DNA from: an uncultured delta proteobacterium | Lineage (GTDB): Bacteria; Desulfobacterota; Desulfobacteria; Desulfobacterales; JAHEIW01 | Assembly (NCBI GenBank): GCA_963706575.1 | Contig: CAVPNL010000003.1 | Location: 491,912-555,911, forward strand | Reading direction: 5' to 3' | Length of the DNA: 64,000 nt | In this document: piece by piece, positions 53,233 to 63,853 of the stretch | Layout: each line of letters opens with the position of its first letter | Position numbering within the stretch: position 1 is the first letter of the stretch | Position numbers and translations under genes: made by a program | The notes under the pieces: model-generated | Databases searched by the model: none | What the model was told of the DNA's origin: nothing | Seen by the model: the letters and a program-made list of their open reading frames with translations, nothing else

Positions 53233-54537
53233 ATGAAGCGTTGTCAAGCAAAAAAAGGACGTTCAAGGTTTACGGTTTATGTGAGTCTGTTATTCGTATC
53301 CGTCGCTTTATCATTCGGAACCTTCGGCCTTTTAGAAAAAGAAGCTCTTGCGGCTGATCCCATTATCATCGGATCCCCGTTGGCTATGGGATTCCCACAG
53401 GGCGTGGGAGCCAAGCAAGGATTTGATCTGGCGGTAGCGGAGATCAACAAACAGGGCGGGATTAAGATCGGAAATGAGCGTCGCTCGCTTAAGCTCGTGG
53501 TCATGGATACGCGCGACCTGGCCGCCGGTGTGCCGGTGAGCGAATCGCTCCTCGCCGTTGAACGGCTTATTTTAGGAAAGAAAGCCAACTTTCTCCTCGG
53601 GGGGCCCATTCGTTCGGAAGCAGCCCTGGCGGTCATGGATTTGATCGCGCAACATAAAAAGATCAATATCATAACGGCCGGAGCCATAACCCCCGGGTAC
53701 ACCGCGAAAATAGCCAAGGATTATGACAAGTATAAATACCTGTTCAGGCTTTCAGCGAATGCGATTTCATTTGTGGGTGAAACACTTCAATTTTTTGCAT
53801 CGCTCAAGAAACAATATGGGTATAACAATGTTGCCTTTATGATCCAAGATGTCATGCACGCCCGCCAGATGGCGAAATTCGTGCAGGGCGGCCTTACCAA
53901 AATGGGCGGCTGGGAAATGAGTGCGCCCCTCATTTATCCCACAGGATCAATGGATTATTCCATGGGATTGCTGAAGGTAAAGCGTCAAAAGGCCCAGATC
54001 ACCTTTGTATGGATGGATCACCCGGAAGTCTCCATTCTCATCAAACAGGCCTATGATTTCAAGGTGCCGACTTTGCTGGCCGGAAAACAGGGGGGCTTGC
54101 AGGATCCCGGATTCTGGAAGGCAAGCGAAGGAAAATGCCAGGCTGCGATCAGCACGGAGTTGAAGGCCAGTTCTCTGCCTTCTCCGGCGCTTTCCGGGAG
54201 CCAAGAATATTTTGATTCACATGTCAAAATGTATGGTAAAGGTCCCATCGATGAATGGGCAGGAATAAGCTACATCAGTGTTTATGTCTTGGCCGAGGCG
54301 ATTGAACGTGCGGGTTCGATTGATACAGATGCCGTCCTTAAGGAACTTGAGAAAACAGATCGCCCCAGTGTTATCGGCCGCATTCGTTTCGATCCCAAGA
54401 GCCATCAGGTGATAGAGAAATTAGACCCGGCCGAGGGTGTCATATCCATGTGGTCACAATGGCAGGATGGAAAGCGGGTTCCGGTCTTTCCTCCCAAAAT
54501 CGCCAGCAAGGTCATGGTATCACCCTGGGCAAAATAA
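53233..54537 (+). CDS. Liv-type (HAAT) ABC transporter substrate-binding protein
   Basis: Signal peptide, LAVAEINKQGGI, EAIERAGS motifs. Confidence 0.88.
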   Translation: MKRCQAKKGRSRFTVYVSLLFVSVALSFGTFGLLEKEALAADPIIIGSPLAMGFPQGVGAKQGFDLAVAEINKQGGIKIGNERRSLKLVVMDTRDLAAGVPVSESLLAVERLILGKKANFLLGGPIRSEAALAVMDLIAQHKKINIITAGAITPGYTAKIAKDYDKYKYLFRLSANAISFVGETLQFFASLKKQYGYNNVAFMIQDVMHARQMAKFVQGGLTKMGGWEMSAPLIYPTGSMDYSMGLLKVKRQKAQITFVWMDHPEVSILIKQAYDFKVPTLLAGKQGGLQDPGFWKASEGKCQAAISTELKASSLPSPALSGSQEYFDSHVKMYGKGPIDEWAGISYISVYVLAEAIERAGSIDTDAVLKELEKTDRPSVIGRIRFDPKSHQVIEKLDPAEGVISMWSQWQDGKRVPVFPPKIASKVMVSPWAK

Positions 54538-54566
54538 ACAGCTGAGATTATTGGGGTACTGCAAAA

Positions 54567-55436
54567 ATGCTAGACATAATCGTTTACGGAACAATAAACA
54601 GCGCCATTCTTGCAGTGATGGCACTCGGATTCGCTCTGGTGTACGGCGTAAGCAGGCTTCCTAACTTCGCCCACGGTGCTTTATATATCCTGACCGGCTA
54701 CACGACCTGGACCTTCATGAACAAGCTCGGGATGAATTACGTCCTGGCCATCATTGCCTCTCTTATTGTGGTAACCGTGGTCGGGGCGTTTATATACCAG
54801 TTTCTTCTCATCCGGGTCAGAGGCATGCCGATATCGGAAATTATGGCTTCATTTGCAATTGGGCTTGCCATAATGGAAACTCTACGCTGGTGGGGTTTCA
54901 TCGGCGAAGCTTATGTTTTGCCCTCATTTGTAAGTGGTGTGGTCCGGATTGGCGATGTTCCGGTAGACTTTCAGCGGCTGATCATCCTGGGCGTGGGCGT
55001 AGTGCTGGTCGTTTTTCTGTGGTTTTTTACGCTTTACACCCGAATCGGATTGGCACTCAGTGCCATCGCCCAGGATGAACACGCCGCCATGATGCTGGGT
55101 ATAGACTCGGACTTCACGGCAACTTTGGCCATGGGGTTTGGTTCGGCTCTGGCCGGCATCGCTGCCGTGGTGATCCTTCCCATTGGAAACATAACCGTAG
55201 AAACCGGATATGAAGTGCTGATCTATGCTGTGGCCGTGGCGGCTATCGGCGGTTTGGGCAGCTGGTTTGGGGCGATACTGGCGGCTTTTCTGATCGGTTA
55301 CGCCCAGATCATCACGGTGGTGTACCTGGCGCCCCAATATCAGATGGTGGTGGTTTTCATCGCCATTATTTTGACTTTCATCATCAGGCCTTCAGGGCTC
55401 TTTGGAAGGCAAAAGGAACTTGAAGAAAGGGTATAA
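54567..55436 (+). CDS. Liv-type ABC permease (LivH-like)
   Basis: ALGFALVYGVSRLPNFAHG, IGGLGS. Confidence 0.9.
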   Translation: MLDIIVYGTINSAILAVMALGFALVYGVSRLPNFAHGALYILTGYTTWTFMNKLGMNYVLAIIASLIVVTVVGAFIYQFLLIRVRGMPISEIMASFAIGLAIMETLRWWGFIGEAYVLPSFVSGVVRIGDVPVDFQRLIILGVGVVLVVFLWFFTLYTRIGLALSAIAQDEHAAMMLGIDSDFTATLAMGFGSALAGIAAVVILPIGNITVETGYEVLIYAVAVAAIGGLGSWFGAILAAFLIGYAQIITVVYLAPQYQMVVVFIAIILTFIIRPSGLFGRQKELEERV

Positions 55437-55439
55437 CGA

Positions 55440-56453
55440 TTGGCATCAAAGGAAAGACGCAAGGAAAGATTAGACCGGGGCATTAAGGTTAGAGCGCAGG
55501 GTGTCTACGCCCTGTCTTCCTTAAAGGAATTGACATACCTGATTATGCCCAGGCTATTTTTAATAACAGGTCTATTACTGGCCCCTGTGGCAATGCCTGA
55601 TCTTTACTGGCAAAGGGTTATCTGCATGATGTGCATCTTTGCCCTGCTGGCGCTATCGTTTGACTTCCTGGCACATTTTACAGGTTTGGTTTCTCTGGGG
55701 GGTGCTCTTTTTATCGGGCTTGGCGGTTATATATCGGGGTCTCTAAATTCTTACCTCGGGTTAGCACCCATATTCTCGATCCCGATCGCCACGGTGGTGG
55801 GTGCTTTGATCAGCACCTTGCTTCTGCTTCCCTGCCTGCCTCTGCGAGGTATCTATTTTGCCATTGTAACCCTCATGTACCCTCTTTTATTGGCCCGAAT
55901 CATTCCGGCCCTTAATATTCTCGGCGGCACGGATGGTATCGCGGGTATCAAAACATTCCCCAATATATGGGTTGCTTCCTATGTGGTTGTCGGCGTAACG
56001 ATTATTGCAGTGTTTGCTTTGCGGAGATTGGTTACCGAGGACTACGGGTTGGTCTTGCATAGTATAAAAGACAACGATCAGGCCGTTCAGGCTTCTGGTA
56101 TCGATATTACGCCTTACAAAGCGCAGGCTGTATTTATCGCCGCCGCCGGTGGAACCTTTGCTGGGGCCTACCTTGTCCATTTATACGGCTGGGCCGGGAT
56201 TTCTTTGTTTGCTCTGGATTTTTCGATACTTCCGATTGCGGCAACCGTGGTGGGCGGAGTTGGGACCCTGGTAGGCCCGATCATTGGGGCCATCATTTTA
56301 ACACCGATATCTGAATCGCTGCGGGATTTCGGGACGTTGCGGATCGTTTTCTACAGCCTGGTTTTATTAGGCTTTATTTTATTCATACCCGAAGGATTAA
56401 TGAACTATTTGGATCGTAAATATCACCAATTTGAGCGCTGGGCAGACGTATGA
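55440..56453 (+). CDS. Liv-type ABC permease (LivM-like)
   Basis: TGLVSLG, LRGIYFAIVTL, VVGGVGTLVGP. Confidence 0.9.
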   Translation: MASKERRKERLDRGIKVRAQGVYALSSLKELTYLIMPRLFLITGLLLAPVAMPDLYWQRVICMMCIFALLALSFDFLAHFTGLVSLGGALFIGLGGYISGSLNSYLGLAPIFSIPIATVVGALISTLLLLPCLPLRGIYFAIVTLMYPLLLARIIPALNILGGTDGIAGIKTFPNIWVASYVVVGVTIIAVFALRRLVTEDYGLVLHSIKDNDQAVQASGIDITPYKAQAVFIAAAGGTFAGAYLVHLYGWAGISLFALDFSILPIAATVVGGVGTLVGPIIGAIILTPISESLRDFGTLRIVFYSLVLLGFILFIPEGLMNYLDRKYHQFERWADV

Positions 56454-57220
56454 ATCCGGACAATGAAATAATTCTAAAAGTAGAAGGCCTTCACAAGTCT
56501 TTTGGCGGTGTCACTGCCGTGCACAATGTAAGCTTTAAGCTGCACAAGGGGGAGGTATTTGGGATTATCGGCCCCAACGGCTCGGGGAAAACAACGCTGG
56601 TCAACCTGATTACGGGTTTTGTTAAGCCCGATGCCGGCGAGGTGTTCTTCAGGAACAAAGAGATTACCCGGCTGAAACCCTGTAAAATCGCCGACCGGGG
56701 AGTGACCCGAACCTTTCAAAATATCAGGCCGTATTATTCCTTGCCCGCATTTAAAAATCTGATTGCACCGCTGTGTTCTCCACGCGTTAAACGGGCCAGC
56801 GGGGGCAAGCTTGGAAATCGGGATGCGGTTGCCATCGATCTTTTAGAGGAAATCGGCTTTGAACGTGACGCATACGTTCCATACAAACTGGCATCTGCCC
56901 TTCCCCAGGGTTATCTCAAACGTCTCGAGTTGGCTCGCTGCATTGCCTTAAGACCGGAGATTATTATTGCGGATGAACTTTTCTCAGGTTTGAGTATGAG
57001 TGAGATCGCTACCATGGTGCCGATTGTGGAGCGGCTGCAAATGGACGGCATCACCATGATCATGATTGAGCACCGGCTCAGGGAGCTGTTTAAAGTCGCC
57101 AATCGGATCATGGTATTGAATTTTGGTGTCAAAATTGCCGAAGGCTCGCCCGATGAAGTTGTCGAGAACGAGGGGGTCAAGCAAGCGTACTTCGGAAGAG
57201 AACGAAAGGTACCCGCTTAG
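56450..57220 (+). CDS. Liv-type ABC ATPase (LivG-like)
   Basis: GPNGSGKTT, RTFQN, IEH. Confidence 0.92.
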   Translation: MNPDNEIILKVEGLHKSFGGVTAVHNVSFKLHKGEVFGIIGPNGSGKTTLVNLITGFVKPDAGEVFFRNKEITRLKPCKIADRGVTRTFQNIRPYYSLPAFKNLIAPLCSPRVKRASGGKLGNRDAVAIDLLEEIGFERDAYVPYKLASALPQGYLKRLELARCIALRPEIIIADELFSGLSMSEIATMVPIVERLQMDGITMIMIEHRLRELFKVANRIMVLNFGVKIAEGSPDEVVENEGVKQAYFGRERKVPA

Positions 57221-57224
57221 GGCC

Positions 57225-57971
57225 ATGCTTGAAATCAAAGATCTAATGGTGTTTTTTGAAAATGCACTGGCAATAAACAATGCCAGTATTACGGCTGAAG
57301 AAGGCAAAATTACGGGTATTTTTGGTTCCAACAGCGCCGGCAAGTCTACGATGATGTATGCGATTTCAGGTATCATTCTGGATATTAAGAAAAAGGCGGA
57401 AATGAGGGGCGGTGAGCGCATAAACCTATTTGGCGAAATCCATCTCAACGGGGAAAACATCAAAGATTTGAAAGCCAGCCAGCGCGCAAAGAAAGGGATA
57501 ATCCTTTGTCCGGAAAGACGCCGGGTTTTTGCTGAAAGTACAACATTAACGAACCTGAAAATGGGCGGACATTTGGCCAGTCGCGCGCAGGCCAAACAAA
57601 CCCTTGAATATGTATTCCGCCTTTTTCCGAATCTAAAAAGATGGCGGAAAAGGGAAGCGGGCTTCTTAAGCGGGGGCGAGCAGCAGATGCTGGCCATCGG
57701 TCGCGCCTTAATGGCCCAGCCCAAATTGCTATTACTGGATGAACCTCTGATGGGGTTAAGCCCGCTTATGGAGGAAAGCCTGGTTAATGCGATTAAAGAC
57801 ATAAACAACCAGACCGGTATTAGCGTTCTGGTTACAGAGCAATATGCAAGACCCATATTGCCGATAATCGATTACGGTTACGTGCTGGAAAACGGAGGGG
57901 TGGTCCTGGAAGGCACCGCCGAGGAACTCATGGAAAATCCGGATATGCGAGCGGCCTACTTCGGAATGTAA
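57225..57971 (+). CDS. Liv-type ABC ATPase (LivF-like)
   Basis: GSNSAGKST, LSGGEQQMLAIGRALM, LLDEP; start at ATG 57225. Confidence 0.92.
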   Translation: MLEIKDLMVFFENALAINNASITAEEGKITGIFGSNSAGKSTMMYAISGIILDIKKKAEMRGGERINLFGEIHLNGENIKDLKASQRAKKGIILCPERRRVFAESTTLTNLKMGGHLASRAQAKQTLEYVFRLFPNLKRWRKREAGFLSGGEQQMLAIGRALMAQPKLLLLDEPLMGLSPLMEESLVNAIKDINNQTGISVLVTEQYARPILPIIDYGYVLENGGVVLEGTAEELMENPDMRAAYFGM

Positions 57972-58027
57972 ATACAAGCGGTGTTGGTTTTGTGAGAAAC
58001 GCCTTGAGCAGTTGAGGAATCCTATCG

Positions 58028-59683
58028 ATGACAGATTCAGCCCTAAAAAGTGAATATATATTTAGCGGCCTTGAAAGGATGAGCCTGAAATATCCGGATA
58101 AGACGGCATTAATCTTTCTGGGTGAGAAATTTACTTTTGCCAAATTGCAAGAGTGCGTCGATAGATTCGCTACGGCCCTGGCTGACCTGGGAATTCGAGA
58201 TAACGATAAATGTGTGATCTACATAGCGAATTGCCCCCAGTGGATTATCACGTATTTTGCGCTTCAAAAAATCGGAGCCGTCCCGGTACCCATCTCCCCT
58301 ATTTATACGCCCAGAGAAATTGAATATATGATCAACGATTCCGAAGCCGCAGCGGTGATCTGTCAGGACGTCAATTTTCGGTACATCAAACAGGTTTTTG
58401 CCGCTACCGGCTTGAAAAAAATCATCATCACCAATCTTGTTGATTTGTTGCCCTGGTGGAAAAAAATATTCGGAAGACTGCTCGATAAAATCCCAACCGG
58501 TGCCGTTGAGCGAACGCCGGAGGTATTTTTCTTTAAAAACCTGCTGCGCAAATATCCGCCTCAGCCTCCCCAAACAAATATTGATCCTAAAGAGCACCTG
58601 GCTTACATCATGTATACCGGTGGAACGACCGGATTGCCCAAGGGTGTACCAGGCAGCCATGCCACCTTGCTTGAATATTCAGACGGCTATGCTGAAATTA
58701 CCAGGGGATATTTGCAGGAGGGAGAAGAGACGCTGGTCCTGGTAAACCCACTTTTCCATATCATGGGACAGGGTACGATTACCGGATTGGGATTCAACCA
58801 GGGCAACACGACGGTTTTAATGCCTTTTCCGGAAATCGATGCCATACTCGAGGCCATCCAAAAGTACAAAGGTAGTTTGTTCCTGGGAGTTCCGGCACTT
58901 TATCGTATGATTTTAGAAAACGACCGGGTGGATCTATATGATATATCTTCTCTGAGATACTGCTGGGTGGGTGGCGATGTGCTTCCGTCCGAGATACACA
59001 AACGCTGGAAGCAAAAATTTAAAATGCCCATTTATCAAACATTTGGCACAACTGAGGCGGTCTTTGTTTGTGCGAGCCCATTAAATTGCGAACCGCCTCA
59101 AGGAAGCATGGGATACCCATTTCCCTTCATTAAATTTAAGCTGGTAGATCCGGATACCTTAGACCCTGCTGCACCAAATACAACAGGGGAGCTTTTGACT
59201 TCATTTGTAGATGGCACCAAAAGCTATTGGAAAAAGCCAGAAGAAACCGCCTCTTCCTGGGTCGTAATAGACGAAGAGCGATGGTATCGAACAAAGGATT
59301 ATGTCCGCATGGGCGAAGATGGCATGCTTTATTTTGTTGATAGAGCTGCAGATACGATAAAGTATAAAGGTTACAAGGTTTCCTGCTCGGAGATTGAAGC
59401 AGTTTTGCAAGACCACCCCGCCATAACGGACGCCTGTGTTGTGGGGGTGCCCGATGATAGAGTAGGGGAACGCATCAAGGCCATGGCCGTTCTTAAAGAA
59501 GACGCCCGCGGCGTTAGTGCCTCTGAACTGATTGGATGGTGTCGAGATCGGCTGGCACCATACAAAGTTCCAAAGTATATAGAATTCAGAGATATGCTGC
59601 CCAAGTCGAAGGTCGGGAAGTTGCTGCGACGCGAAATCAGAGATGAGGAGCGCAGGCGCACAAAAAAAGTAAAGAAAAAGTGA
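58028..59683 (+). CDS. Acyl-CoA ligase / AMP-binding enzyme
   Basis: YTGGTTGLPKG, FGTTE, PKSKVGKLLRR. Confidence 0.92.
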   Translation: MTDSALKSEYIFSGLERMSLKYPDKTALIFLGEKFTFAKLQECVDRFATALADLGIRDNDKCVIYIANCPQWIITYFALQKIGAVPVPISPIYTPREIEYMINDSEAAAVICQDVNFRYIKQVFAATGLKKIIITNLVDLLPWWKKIFGRLLDKIPTGAVERTPEVFFFKNLLRKYPPQPPQTNIDPKEHLAYIMYTGGTTGLPKGVPGSHATLLEYSDGYAEITRGYLQEGEETLVLVNPLFHIMGQGTITGLGFNQGNTTVLMPFPEIDAILEAIQKYKGSLFLGVPALYRMILENDRVDLYDISSLRYCWVGGDVLPSEIHKRWKQKFKMPIYQTFGTTEAVFVCASPLNCEPPQGSMGYPFPFIKFKLVDPDTLDPAAPNTTGELLTSFVDGTKSYWKKPEETASSWVVIDEERWYRTKDYVRMGEDGMLYFVDRAADTIKYKGYKVSCSEIEAVLQDHPAITDACVVGVPDDRVGERIKAMAVLKEDARGVSASELIGWCRDRLAPYKVPKYIEFRDMLPKSKVGKLLRREIRDEERRRTKKVKKK

Positions 59684-59801
59684 ATTAGAAATCAGAACAA
59701 AATCCAATCCGGTATAGCGTTTCAAAGGAAAGTGGACAGATTTAAGGTATAAGATAAGAGACGGTTTTAGGTTATAATCAAGATCGTGAAAGGAGGACCA
59801 G

Positions 59802-60155
59802 ATGGAACCTAAAACCAGTAAAAGCCCTGAATCTGTGGTTAGAGAGATCAAACGCAAAACCCGCCGCAAATTCAATTCTGAAGAAAAAATCAGGATCATT
59901 TTAGAAGGCCTGAAGGGCGAAGACAGCATCGCCGCTATCTGCCGTCGAGAGGGCATTGCCCCAAGTCTGTATTACAAATGGAGCAAAACTTTTTTACAAG
60001 CAGGCAAACGCAGGCTGAAGGGGGATACGATTCGTGAAGCGAACAGCGATGAAGTAAGTGAGCTGCGCCAGGAAAATGACCAGTTAAAACAACTGGTAGC
60101 GGAATTGAGTCTGAAAAATCGTGTGCTAAAAAAAAGTTTGAATGGGCTGGAGTGA
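59802..60155 (+). CDS. IS3-family transposase OrfA
   Basis: RRKFNSEEKIRIILEG..SIAAICRREGI..LYYKW HTH and leucine-zipper tail. Confidence 0.88.
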   Translation: MEPKTSKSPESVVREIKRKTRRKFNSEEKIRIILEGLKGEDSIAAICRREGIAPSLYYKWSKTFLQAGKRRLKGDTIREANSDEVSELRQENDQLKQLVAELSLKNRVLKKSLNGLE

Positions 60156-61083
60156 AGCTGAGGCGATATATGCGTTACAGTCAGTCAGAGAAGATGCAGA
60201 TCATCCGGTTGGTAGAAGAATCTCCGGTGAGTATAAAGCAGACGCTTTTGGAGCTGAACATCAATCGCAGTACGTTTTACAAGTGGTATCGGCGGTATCA
60301 GGAAGGAGGCTTTGAAGCACTGGCCAATCGATACCGCCCACCGAGGCAATTCTGGAATGCGATACCACCTTGGGAAAAGCAGCGTGTGGTTGAAACGGCT
60401 CTTGAACACCCGGAAAAGTCACCCCGTGAGCTGGCCTGGTACATTACGGATACCCGTGGGTATTATATATCTGAATCAACGTGTATACCGGATACTGAAG
60501 GCCAATGATCTGGTAACCAGCCCGGTATACACAGTTATAACGGCACAGGACAAGTTTCCCAATCCAACCAAAGCACCTAATGAGCTGTGGCAGACGGACT
60601 TTACCTGGTTCAAGGTCGTTCACTGGGGCTGGTACTATCTGAGCACTATTCTTGATGATTATTCACGCTATATCCTGGCCTGGCAGCTGTGCACCGGCAT
60701 GTCCACCGACGAGGTCAAGGAAACGATTGAAGCGGCCATTGAGTTTACCGGCTTTCGGGATCCCAGGGTGATACATCGCCCCCGGCTGCTCTCGGATAAT
60801 GGCCCCTGCTATGTTTCTAAGGCGTTAAAAGAATATCTGGAGCAGGAAGGGTATTGCCCATACCCGCGGCAGGCCGTATCACCCGATGACCCAGGGTAAA
60901 ATCGAGCGCTATCATCGCTCGATGAAAAATATCCTGCTTCTTGAAAATTATTACAGTCCCGATGAACTAACGGATCAAATTGATCTTTTTATCGACTATT
61001 ACAACAATGATCGCTATCATGAAGCGTTGAATAATTTGACTCCAGCTGATGTATACTACGGTATCATAAACCGAAATATTTAA
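60152..61083 (+). pseudogene. IS3-family transposase OrfB (rve integrase core), frameshifts near 60482 and 60852, truncated after PADVYYG
   Basis: WQTDFT, DDYSRY, SDNG, QGKIERYH motifs spread over three frames. Confidence 0.85.
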
Positions 61084-61266
61084 TTGTGAATTGCATCAGC
61101 TAATAGAACAAATTTAGGCTTGTCTAAAATTGTGACATCCGTGCCTTAATAACACATTGGGATTTTCAATGGATATCATGCAGAAACCCGAAAAAAACAG
61201 CGCCTTAAAAAACTGTGATTATTGAAACCCATCTATAATCCGAGCTTAAAGCACCCTGCCCTAACT

Positions 61267-61303
61267 AATAAGCGCATTGGAAGTGCATTCCAATGCGCTT
61301 ATT
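61267..61303. terminator. 16-bp perfect inverted repeat, probable bidirectional terminator
   Basis: AATAAGCGCATTGGAA-GTGCA-TTCCAATGCGCTTATT. Confidence 0.55.
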
Positions 61304-61706
61304 TAAATGTACTATTGATGGAGATTTGCAGCTTATTGTGCCTGGACTGTGCCTAAAAATTTATTGGAATTCAACCTTACATTTTCTGAATTTTTCTTTT
61401 CTGTCCCATGCAAAGAAATAGCCTTCTGCCCAGGTGTTATGGCCCATCATTGAAAGAACCATGTTAGCAAGAACAGTGTGGTTACATGCGATTTTTGGGA
61501 TAAAGCTTACAAATACTGGAGTTAGGCTATTTGTTCCCACTGGGCCCAACCGATTAAGCGGTGTAAGATTTCCAATTGCAAAATTTCAAAACCTTTTAAT
61601 TATATTATTAAATATATATCTAATTAATTTATTATTTAATTAATTTATTATATTAAATTTTTATTATATAATAATTATATTCTTTAATTCATACTTTCTT
61701 TATATC

Positions 61707-62732
61707 TTACTTATACCCGTAAAAACCTTTAAACCATTTCACGAAACGTTTAATACCGGCTTCGATCGGGGTGTCGGGCTTAAACCCCACATCTTCCATT
61801 AAATCATCCACGTCCGCATAAGTTGCGGCCACATCTCCGGGTTGAATATCCATCAGTTCTTTTTTAGCCTTCTTGCCGAGGACATCTTCAATGACTTCGA
61901 TAAATTTAGTGAGTTCGACCGGGTTATTATTACCGATATTATAAACTTTATAGGGTGCTGAAGATGTGCCCGGGTCCGGAGCATCTCCGCTCCAGTGCGG
62001 ATTGGCCTCCGGGAGCCTTCCCAGCACTCTTACCACGCCTTCGATGATATCATCGATATAGGTAAAGTCCCGCTGCATTTTACCATGGTTAAAAACTTTA
62101 ATCGGTTTATCTTCTAATATGGCCCGGGTAAAAAGAAAAAGCGCCATATCCGGGCGTCCCCACGGCCCGTAAACGGTGAAAAAACGCAGCCCGGTGCAGG
62201 GAAGCCCGTACAGATGGCTGTAAGTGTGCGCCATGAGCTCATTGGCCTTTTTGGTGGCTGCATAAAGCGATACCGGATGATCCACATTGTGATGCACGGA
62301 AAAGGGCATTCTGGTATTGGCGCCGTAAACCGAACTGGATGACGCGAATACGAGATGTTTTACGGCTTTGTGGCGGCAGCATTCCAGGACATTAATAAAG
62401 CCGACCAGGTTGGAATCGACATAGGCATAGGGATTTTCGAGGGAATATCGCACACCGGCCTGGGCAGCCAGATTCACCACCACCTCAAATCCCTGCTCGG
62501 TAAATATATTTTCAAGCTGAGGGCGGTCGCACAGATCGATTTGACAAAATGTAAAATTCGCTTCTTTTTTAAGATCTCCAAGCCGGGCCGCTTTAAGTGA
62601 AACGTCATAATACGGGTTCATATTATCGACGCCCACGACTTTATGGCCGTCTGCTAAAAGGCGTTTTGCCAGATGAAATCCAATGAAACCGGCCGCCCCG
62701 GTGACAAGTACTTTCTCGTATTTTAGTTCCAT
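61707..62732 (-). CDS. NAD-dependent epimerase, UDP-glucuronate 4-epimerase type
   Basis: [41 protein letters not shown]. Confidence 0.92.
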   Translation of the reverse strand: MELKYEKVLVTGAAGFIGFHLAKRLLADGHKVVGVDNMNPYYDVSLKAARLGDLKKEANFTFCQIDLCDRPQLENIFTEQGFEVVVNLAAQAGVRYSLENPYAYVDSNLVGFINVLECCRHKAVKHLVFASSSSVYGANTRMPFSVHHNVDHPVSLYAATKKANELMAHTYSHLYGLPCTGLRFFTVYGPWGRPDMALFLFTRAILEDKPIKVFNHGKMQRDFTYIDDIIEGVVRVLGRLPEANPHWSGDAPDPGTSSAPYKVYNIGNNNPVELTKFIEVIEDVLGKKAKKELMDIQPGDVAATYADVDDLMEDVGFKPDTPIEAGIKRFVKWFKGFYGYK

Positions 62733-62744
62733 ATCTAATTGTCG

Positions 62745-62870
62745 ATTCAGGTTCAGAGTTCAGGGTTCAAAGGTTCATGGATTTGTTAAATTCGTTTTAT
62801 TTGTCTTATTGGTCAAATTGGTTGGTTTAGCCCGAATCAATTGAGCGAATTAAACCAATCAAACCAATGT
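62745..62870. repeat. Degenerate short-period repeats between the epimerase genes
   Basis: GGTTCAGAGTTCAGGGTTCAAAGGTTCA plus TTGGT / ACCAA inverted runs. Confidence 0.55.
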
Positions 62871-62896
62871 AACATGTGCGTGAAACTCGACCTCAA

Positions 62897-63853
62897 TTAT
62901 TTTACCTTCTGACTGTTGCGGTACCATTCAAGAGTCGATTTAAGCCCTGTTTCAAAGGAAGTCTCACACTCAAAATCCAGAAGTTCTTTTGCTCTCCCCA
63001 CGTCCGCTAAAGACGCAACGATATCTCCCGGTCTTTTGGGTGCATATTCAGGCTTAATATTTTGACCGGACAGAGAACAAACTGTCTTCCATAGTTGATT
63101 GATAGCAACCGATTTGCCTGAGCCGATATTGAGTACCTGGCCACCTACCCCCTGGGTGGCTGCAGCCAGCAAATTGGCCCTGACCACATCTTGAACAAAG
63201 ATGAAGTCTCGGCTTTGATTTCCATCGCCGTAAATGACAGCCGGCTCCTTCAGCAGTGCTTTTGTCATAAAAATTGAAATCACGCCCGAATAAGGGGATG
63301 AGGGATCCTGCCTTGGCCCGTAGACATTAAAATAGCGGAGAACAGTCGTTTCAAGGCCGTGTAGGTCATAAAACATTTGAGCATAATATTCGGCCGCCAA
63401 CTTTTGCACTGCATAGGGGCTCAGTGGATTCGGCGCCATATCTTCCAGTTTCGGAAGACGGAGATCATCGCCATATACCGCACAGGAGCTGGAAAAAACA
63501 ACACGTTGCACCCTTTTTTCTCGCGCGGTCTCAAAAACAGACAGAGACCCCATTTCATTAATAGCGGCAGATTCAATCGGGTTTTCAATTGTCTGGGGAA
63601 CGGAAACCACAGCCGCCAGATGAAAAATCACCTGGCAGTCTTGCGCCGCAGCAGATAATGCTTTTTGGTTTCGAATATCGTCCTGGAAAAAAGAAAATTT
63701 CCCGTCCAGATGTTTCAGGTTCGTAAGATTGCCGCTAGATAAATTATCCAGGACGGCTACCCGGCAGCCTGCAGATATGAGCGCCCCAACCAGATGAGAT
63801 CCAATAAATCCGGCCCCACCGGTTACCAGCGCACTTTTAAACGGTAGTTTCAT
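62897..63853 (-). CDS. Extended SDR nucleotide-sugar epimerase (UDP-Glc(NAc) 4-epimerase-like)
   Basis: TGGAGFIGSH, SPYAVQK, RYFNVYGPRQDPSSPYSGVI. Confidence 0.9.
   Translation of the reverse strand: MKLPFKSALVTGGAGFIGSHLVGALISAGCRVAVLDNLSSGNLTNLKHLDGKFSFFQDDIRNQKALSAAAQDCQVIFHLAAVVSVPQTIENPIESAAINEMGSLSVFETAREKRVQRVVFSSSCAVYGDDLRLPKLEDMAPNPLSPYAVQKLAAEYYAQMFYDLHGLETTVLRYFNVYGPRQDPSSPYSGVISIFMTKALLKEPAVIYGDGNQSRDFIFVQDVVRANLLAAATQGVGGQVLNIGSGKSVAINQLWKTVCSLSGQNIKPEYAPKRPGDIVASLADVGRAKELLDFECETSFETGLKSTLEWYRNSQKVK

Larger units (their letters stand above)
59713..61083 (+). mobile_element. IS3-family insertion sequence, 3'-truncated and frameshifted
   Basis: orfA/orfB in -1 phase with A8G slippery site at 60128-60136; probable left end near 59713; no matching right end found. 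Confidence 0.8.

Noticed and set aside
61361..61643. Short ORFs on both strands before an AT-rich stretch
   Set aside because: No recognisable motif or RBS; cannot be supported as genes.
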